From: Anaerolineales bacterium
GTDB lineage: Bacteria; Chloroflexota; Anaerolineae; E26-bin7
Assembly (NCBI GenBank): GCA_004377365.1
Contig: SOHZ01000648.1
Location: forward strand, 1-52,576
Direction: 5' to 3'
Length of the DNA stretch: 52,576 bases
Shown here: one piece after another, positions 49,483-52,576 of the stretch
Layout: each line of letters starts with the position of its first letter
Position numbering within the stretch: position 1 is the first letter of the stretch
Position numbers and translations under genes: made by a program
The notes under the pieces: generated by a model
Seen by the model: the letters and a program-made list of their open reading frames with translations, nothing else
What the model was told of the DNA's origin: nothing
The model's database searches: none

Positions 49483-50166
49483 ATGAAGGTCATCACTAAC
49501 GAGAAACTCGTCAAGAGGCAGGCTGCCATAGGCAAATGGGCCAGTCTCATCGGGATGGGGGCATTATTGGGAGGGTTGGTCGTTTCCTATCGCTGGCCCA
49601 ACCAACTCACAGCCTCCTTTGGCTGCCTCATCGTCGGTTTTATGCTGGCCAGCGTCGGCACCTATAACATGAACCGCTGGGTGAAGGAACCGCGGGCCGA
49701 TCAGACATTGACCAAGGCTCTGAAAGGCTTTGATAACAAGCATTCCCTCTATCACTACACGCTGCCGGCCGCGCATGTCCTCCTGGCTCCTTCCGGTCTT
49801 TTCGTCTTCACGGTAAAGGACCATCACGGCGAAGTCCGGTGTGAAGGAGAAAAGTGGCATCACAAATTCCACTGGGGGCGGTTGTTACTTTTTTTCGGCC
49901 AGGAGGGCCTGGGCAATCCCACCAGAGAGGTGAGAGGAGGGATAGGAAGACTAGGGCGCTTTCTGGACGGAAAATTGCCCGAGGCGGACGTGCCCATTGA
50001 GGGGCTCATCGTCTTTACCAATCCCAGAGCCCGATTGGAACTGATAGATCCCGTCGTGCCTGTGGTGAGCAGCAACAAGTTGAAAACCTTTCTGCGTCAA
50101 CGAAAGAAGAACCGCATCTCTGCTGAGCAACGCAAAGAGCTGGCCGAAATCTTTGAAGAGGCCTGA
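49483..50166 (+). CDS. membrane-anchored NERD-like domain protein (hypothetical)
   Basis: Two N-terminal TM helices. 'LYHYTLPAAHVLLAPSGLFVFTVKDHHGEVRCEGEKW' and 'GLIVFTNP' resemble the NERD pattern (hDhhhh...Gh.hhE.K...G.h). Confidence 0.45.
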   Translation: MKVITNEKLVKRQAAIGKWASLIGMGALLGGLVVSYRWPNQLTASFGCLIVGFMLASVGTYNMNRWVKEPRADQTLTKALKGFDNKHSLYHYTLPAAHVLLAPSGLFVFTVKDHHGEVRCEGEKWHHKFHWGRLLLFFGQEGLGNPTREVRGGIGRLGRFLDGKLPEADVPIEGLIVFTNPRARLELIDPVVPVVSSNKLKTFLRQRKKNRISAEQRKELAEIFEEA

Positions 50167-50252
50167 GTCAGACGAGACCTGAACCTGGATGCTGGCCATC
50201 TCTCCCTTTCGGATGTGGGAAGGCTCAATTGTTAGAGAGGGAATAGACTAGA

Positions 50253-52289
50253 TTGATTCACAATCAAATCTCCATTAGGATGGAGCTCGTCGCTTTGATC
50301 CTCATCGTGTTGGTTGCAGCTTTCTTCAGACTTAACGATCTGGACGAGCTCCCTCCCGGCCTGCACTACGATGAGGCCTTCTATGGCATTGACGCCATGG
50401 ATATTCTCCAAGGAAGAGAATACCCTATTTTCTTTATGGAGAACTTTGGTCGAGAGCCCCTCTTCAGCTACCTGGTCGCCATCTCCTTCTGTTTGCTGGG
50501 GGTAAGTGCCCTCTCTATTCGGGCGGTCTCCGCCGTGGCAGGCATCGTCACGGTGCTAACCCTTTACTTTCTTGTCAAGGAAATTTTCTCCCAGGAGGAG
50601 GACAGCGTTTCAGGGTACAGAGGATTGCTGGCCGCCTTCATTCTTGCCACCTCTTACTGGCACGTCAATTTCAGTCGCGAGGGGCTCAGGGCGATTCTGG
50701 TGCCCCTCTTTGAGGTGTTGACCTTTTACTTCCTGTGGCGAGGAGTCAGGAGGGGGGAAGAGGTGTCCTTTGCTTGCTCGGGGTTTTTCCTAGGTGCGAG
50801 TCTGTATACCTACCAAGCGGCTAGGCTCTTACTGCCATTCCTGGTCCTCTTTTTGGCCTATCGCTTCCTCTTGGAGAGGGGATTCTGGCGAGGGTATGGG
50901 CGGGGTCTATTGCTCCTGTTCGCCGTTGCCCTTATCACCTTTGCCCCCTTGGGTTATTACTTTCTGTGTCATCCAGTTGGTTTCACCCTGCGCGCGGGCC
51001 AGGCCTCCGCTGTCACCCCCGGCGAAGGCTGGGATAAGGCCGCGCGTGCCGTCTTGACTAACACAGCCAAATCGCTGGCCATGTTCAGCCTGCGCGGCGA
51101 CGACGACCCGCGAAATAATTTGCCTGGACGGCCAGCGCTAGATGTGTTCCTTTCGGTTGGCTTTCTTTTAGGGAGCACACTCGCTCTGATCAGGATAAGA
51201 AAGCCCGAGTATGCTTTTTTGGTTTTTTGGCTGGGGGTCATGCTCTTGCCAACGATTCTGAGCGATTATGCCCCTCACTATAAACGGGCCATAGGGGTGA
51301 CGCCAGCGCTCGCCATCTTGACCGCTAATGGCATCCTTGCCCTGAAAGAAGGCATGCAGCGTTTTACTCGACGTAAAACAATGTTGATACAAAGGGGGGG
51401 GTACTTCATTACGTTACTAGCTATCGGTGGCGGCTTGGTGGGCAGCGCTTGGGACACCTACCACGACTACTTTATGACCTGGGGCAAGGGGGACGGGCTT
51501 TACTATTCCTTCGACGTGGGTATGGTCTCCATAGCCAAGTACGTGGGCCGTCTTTCCTCCGACGAGAAAGTATACCTCTCCCCCCTCCGGGCTACTCTTC
51601 CAACCATCGTTTTCACCCTGGGGGAGAAAGGCCGTCTCAAGAGCTACGATGGACGCCTGTGCCAGGTGTTGCCCGGCCATTCTGAGGGTGCCACAACTTA
51701 TCTCGTCGTCGTTCGCGAGGACGGGCGATCCCTGGCCTTGCTCCAAAGGCATTGGCCTCAGGGGGACGTGGTCGAGGAATTCTTCGACCGGGAGGGGGGG
51801 AGCTACGCTGTGGCCTATCGTGTTCCCCCTGGCTCAGGCGCGGCCGTGCAGCCCCAGCACCCGCTGACAGCCAACCTGGACGGCAAGGTGAGGCTGCTGG
51901 GTTATGACCTCAAGGCCGAGTCCTATAAGCCGGGCGAGGTGATTGGTCTGACTCTCTACTGGCAGGCTCTGACGGCTGTGGAGAAGGATTACACTGTGTT
52001 CACCCATCTCCTGGGCTCTTACAATCCGCTGACCAACGGGCCTCTCTGGGGAGGACAGGACAGTCGCCCTGGCGGCGGCACCTACCCGACCACGGTTTGG
52101 GAGGCGGGGGAGATCGTTATTGACGAATATAGGATATCCATTCAGGCCGACGCGCCGCCGGGAGAATATCAGTTGGAGGTCGGTATGTATCACCTGGCGA
52201 CCATGGAGCGGCTGCTGGTCTTGGACAATAGCGGGGCGGTCCGAGACGATAGGATTATGTTAGGCACAGTGCAGTTGATTGGTGAGTAA
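50253..52289 (+). CDS. ArnT/PMT (GT39/GT83-like) glycosyltransferase, paralog 2
   Basis: 'FRLNDLDELPPGLHYDEAFYGIDA' loop-1 DE motif on a polytopic core. The C-terminal domain 'YTVFTHLLG..GPLWGGQDSRPGGGTYPTTVWEAGEIVIDEY' is shared with ORF 36902-39124. The start is ambiguous (50253 or the ATG at 50280). Confidence 0.75.
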   Translation: MIHNQISIRMELVALILIVLVAAFFRLNDLDELPPGLHYDEAFYGIDAMDILQGREYPIFFMENFGREPLFSYLVAISFCLLGVSALSIRAVSAVAGIVTVLTLYFLVKEIFSQEEDSVSGYRGLLAAFILATSYWHVNFSREGLRAILVPLFEVLTFYFLWRGVRRGEEVSFACSGFFLGASLYTYQAARLLLPFLVLFLAYRFLLERGFWRGYGRGLLLLFAVALITFAPLGYYFLCHPVGFTLRAGQASAVTPGEGWDKAARAVLTNTAKSLAMFSLRGDDDPRNNLPGRPALDVFLSVGFLLGSTLALIRIRKPEYAFLVFWLGVMLLPTILSDYAPHYKRAIGVTPALAILTANGILALKEGMQRFTRRKTMLIQRGGYFITLLAIGGGLVGSAWDTYHDYFMTWGKGDGLYYSFDVGMVSIAKYVGRLSSDEKVYLSPLRATLPTIVFTLGEKGRLKSYDGRLCQVLPGHSEGATTYLVVVREDGRSLALLQRHWPQGDVVEEFFDREGGSYAVAYRVPPGSGAAVQPQHPLTANLDGKVRLLGYDLKAESYKPGEVIGLTLYWQALTAVEKDYTVFTHLLGSYNPLTNGPLWGGQDSRPGGGTYPTTVWEAGEIVIDEYRISIQADAPPGEYQLEVGMYHLATMERLLVLDNSGAVRDDRIMLGTVQLIGE

Positions 52290-52298
52290 AAGCAATCC

Positions 52299-52327
52299 TT
52301 GACAAAGGGGGCAAAAGAGGATAGGAT
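52299..52327 (+). promoter_or_regulatory. candidate promoter for the third ArnT-like gene
   Basis: TTGACA (52299-52304), a 17-nt spacer, then TAGGAT (52322-52327). Confidence 0.4.
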
Positions 52328-52455
52328 AGAGCAGAGTTTTGGGGGCTCGTAATGAAAAAGTGTGAAAAACAGGCTGAGGAGTGACGACGGTTTTGAGAGA
52401 GAGGAGAGTTTGCTCGCGGTTTTGGGAAGGGCTGTCACGGCTCTGTACCCCCGCC

Positions 52456-52576
52456 ATGGTGGAGACGGGGATACTCGTGGCCGTCATCGTCTTGGCGGCC
52501 ATCTTCCGCTTCTATCGTATTGAGGCGGCCCCGCCCGGTTTGCAGCACGACGAGGTCTTCAAGGGCAACTTTGCCA
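52456..52576 (+). CDS. ArnT/PMT-like glycosyltransferase, paralog 3 (5' partial, runs off the window)
   Basis: 'MVETGILVAVIVLAAIFRFYRIEAAPPGLQHDEVFKGNF' parallels the N-terminus of paralog 2. An in-frame GTG at 52381 is an alternative start. Confidence 0.6.
   Translation, partial: MVETGILVAVIVLAAIFRFYRIEAAPPGLQHDEVFKGNFA

Overview
This 52.6 kb window is high-GC (roughly 58-60% by eye), gene-dense bacterial chromosome. The protein repertoire and the small palindromic repeat families suggest a Chloroflexota-like filamentous or multicellular lineage, but that is a low-confidence inference. All functional calls come from motifs recognised by eye in the supplied ORF translations. No database search was run, and start codons were refined only where an RBS or an overlap was visible.

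Housekeeping content:
- Arginine and amino-acid genes: argF, two tRNA-Arg, a DapL-like aminotransferase.
- Central and lipid metabolism: apgM, plsX, fabF, FdrA, a CdsA/polyprenol-kinase-like membrane protein.
- DNA uptake: ComEC.

A long minus-strand envelope-glycan cluster runs from 30.5 to 39.1 kb. It encodes a PIG-L deacetylase, an M29 aminopeptidase-like protein, GT2, an LbH acyltransferase, an O-antigen-ligase-like protein, an epimerase and an ArnT/GT39-like protein. Two more ArnT-like paralogs sit at 50.2-52.6 kb.

Accessory, conflict-type content is interspersed:
1. A TIR / TM / FGE-sulfatase-fold fusion with a pentapeptide-repeat neighbour (22-1781).
2. A ~5.6 kb segment bracketed by a direct duplication of a glycosyltransferase 3' end (4324-10190). 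It carries a co-directional set of AAA+ ATPase-wHTH, small coupled ORFs, an excisionase-type HTH, a membrane peptide, a soluble FGE-fold protein and a Roadblock/LC7 protein.
3. Tandem FHA-TM-Ig/NBR1-like paralogs, in an apparent operon with an Ig-SH3 lipoprotein and an SPFH protein downstream after a ~200 bp gap.
4. An Mrr-like nuclease / TM / TPR protein with seven near-identical 102-nt repeats whose variation is confined to one helix.
5. A radical-SAM/SPASM, nucleosidase and YjzC-membrane operon.
6. Several TA-like modules (RHH+HNH, DUF433/DUF5615, UPF0175, MNT/HEPN) and relics (MazF, AbrB, carboxyltransferase, NfnA/PyrK-like).

The 0.55 kb AT-richer spacer at 21.15-21.8 kb holds seven DnaA-box-like 9-mers at a switch in gene orientation. 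It is an oriC or DnaA-regulatory candidate.

At least four families of small palindromic (REP/MITE-like) repeats are present, two of them inserted in frame into a coding sequence. No CRISPR array, rRNA, integrase, transposase or reverse transcriptase was recognised.
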